Source: Balanoglossus misakiensis (Eukaryota; Animalia; Hemichordata). From it: 64,000 nucleotides of DNA. Position numbers and translations under genes: made by a program. The stretch is taken from the NCBI GenBank assembly GCA_040954595.2, contig CM082582.2, positions 496,001 to 560,000 on the forward strand, written 5' to 3'. This document shows, piece after piece, positions 61,901 through 64,000 of the stretch; position 1 is the first letter of the stretch; each line of letters opens with the position of its first letter. The notes beneath the pieces are model-generated. The model ran no database searches. It saw only the letters and a program-made list of their open reading frames with translations, and was not told the DNA's origin.

Positions 61901-64000
61901 ATGAAGAAAAGAGTTTATTTTTTATGATTTTTTAAAAATGTACCATTTTGTCAAAATATGGCCAAAATGGCTATTTTTTCTTGAATTCCGTCAATATCTC
62001 TGCATTTTTGGAGTGGTCGAAAGTTTTAACATACAATCAACATATCATATATGATCAGGGCACCAAATTCGAAGAACGAAGGTTTTTTTATTTTATTTTT
62101 CTAAAAATGACATTTTCAAGGAAAATTTGGTAAAACGCAATTTTGTCTGCAGTGAGCCAAATTAGACGGTCTTTTGTGGAATTTGTATCGATATATATAT
62201 ACGAAGAGCATTCTATACTCCATCAGATTTCCGAAAATGTAGAAAACAGGTATTTTTTGTAATTTTCAAAAATTTACTGTTTTGACCAAATTGTGGTTAA
62301 AATTGTTATTTTCGTGTTGAATGCCGCCAGTGTCACTGCTTTTAAAAGTCATAAAAACTTTTAACATGCAAGCAATTGCTTATATATGATCAGGTCACCG
62401 AATTAAAAAAATAAAGAATGTTTTGCCTAAAAATGACCTTTTTGGTGCAAAAACGAATAAAACGCAATTTTGTATTAAATCAGCTCATTCAGAGTGCATT
62501 TTTTATAATCAGCACCATTTTTACATATATTGGAAATTTCATACATCATCAGATATCCAAATATGAAAAGATGATTTACATTTTAGATGATTGTCCAAAA
62601 TTAGCTGATATCTGATAAATGTAGTATTTAACCGTTCTGTTCCCCCCCCCCCTACATTATATGCGGTACGCTGATGTCAGCTTACCCGGCAGTACTGCAG
62701 GCCGTGCCCCCAACTAACGTCGGTGTTTGAAACGCCCTGGTTAAATTCGGGCTTTCTCTATAAATTGACAGGCAATAATGCAGTCCTACCGGAACAAATG
62801 TCGAGTGTTGACCCGCTGTGACTTTCCCTGTTCGGTTTGCCCGACTTAGCCAACGTCTTTGTACTAGAGTGTCGGGTCTTTTGCAGAGCCAGGCCGAAGG
62901 AAATCCGACTTGATCACCGTTGCTAACGAACGCTAGTGTCTGTCATGGTGTGCCGGGGTTTTAGTCGAGCCAGGCCGTAGGAGATCTGACTTGATCATCG
63001 TGGTCAATGTACGCGTGTTTCCGCTCTAAAGTGCCGGGGCTTCAGCTAAACCAGGCCGTAGGAAATCCGACGTAATCACCGTTGATAACTTACGCCAGTC
63101 TGTGTCATATAGAGCCGGTGCACCAGCCGAGTCACGCCGTAGGAAATCTGACTTGATCAACGTGGTCAATGTACGCCTGTTTCTGCTCTAGAGTGCCGGG
63201 GCTTCAGCTGAGCCAGGCCGTAGGAAACCCGACGTGATTACCGTTGTTAACTTACGCCAGTCTGTGTCCTATATATAGTGCCGGGGCATCAGCCGTGCCA
63301 GGCCGAAGGAAATGTGAGTAGATCAACGTGGTCTCTGTACGCGTGTTTCTGCTCTAGAGTGTCAGGGCTTTAGCAAAGCCATGCCGTAGGAAATCTGACT
63401 TGATCAACGTTGCTAACGAACGCTAGTGTCTGTCATAGTGTGCCGGGGTTTTAGTCGAGCCAAGTCGTAGGAGATCAGACTTGATCAACGTGGTCTCTGT
63501 ACGCGTGTTTCTGCTCTAGAGTGCCGGGGCTTTATCCAACCCATGCCGTTGAAAATCTGACTTGATCACCGTTGCTAACGTACGATAGTGTCTGTCATAT
63601 TGTGACGGAGATTTAGCCGAGCCAGGCCGTAGAAAAATCGACTTGTTCAACGTTACCAGTGTGCAACTGTTTCTGCTCTAAAGTCTCAGGGTTTTAGCCG
63701 ACTTATGCTGTAGGAAATCTGAGTTGATGAACGGGAATTCAATGTTAGAAAACCCGTGTGGAAAGTATCTCTACCCGTTTGAAACTAAGAAAAGAATTAA
63801 TTCTTATTTATTTTGTAAAAAAGACAATTTTTCGAAAAAAAGTCGAAAATGGTAATTTTGTCTTGGGTGATTCAAATTATACCGCCTTTTCTGGAATTTG
63901 CAGCACTTTTTACAAGAGAACGACACTTCATGCTCCATAATATTTCCGAAAATGAAGAAAAGAGTTAATTTTTTATGATTTTTTAAAAATTTACCATTTT
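52911..64000 (+). repeat. Macrosatellite, block 3 (about 5.5 monomers, runs off the window)
   Basis: Poly-C markers near 54758, 56813, 58705, 60757 and 62642. Confidence 0.97.

Noticed and set aside
55878-63940. Strict dimeric higher-order repeat of about 3937 bp
   Set aside because: The spacing fits, but the two short monomers lack different subunits, so it is not a clean duplication.

Overview
Eukaryotic (probably invertebrate; inferred from the transposon families) heterochromatin-like DNA with no recognisable host gene. About 46 kb (about 23 monomers) is a ~2.04-2.05 kb macrosatellite. Each monomer has a poly-C tract plus a ~200 bp structured linker, about 11 diverged 81-bp GC-richer subrepeats, and about 3 diverged ~330-bp AT-rich subrepeats. 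The array switches strand twice (+ 1-12909, - 15857-52916, + 52911-64000). It is interrupted by five retroelements: a truncated, internally deleted BEL/Pao LTR element at the first inversion centre; an apparently intact CR1/L2-group LINE; a second 5'-truncated BEL/Pao fragment; a 5'-truncated L1/Tx1 LINE with a 14-17 bp TSD; and, nested in that LINE, an internally deleted Ngaro-type tyrosine-recombinase retrotransposon. The most unusual observations are the apparent splice signals in the Ngaro element, a single-frame ORF1-TGA-ORF2 LINE carrying a 36-bp copy of its own ORF2 at the 5' junction, fold-back inversions, and templated-insertion scars. Coordinates were read by eye and may be off by a few bases.
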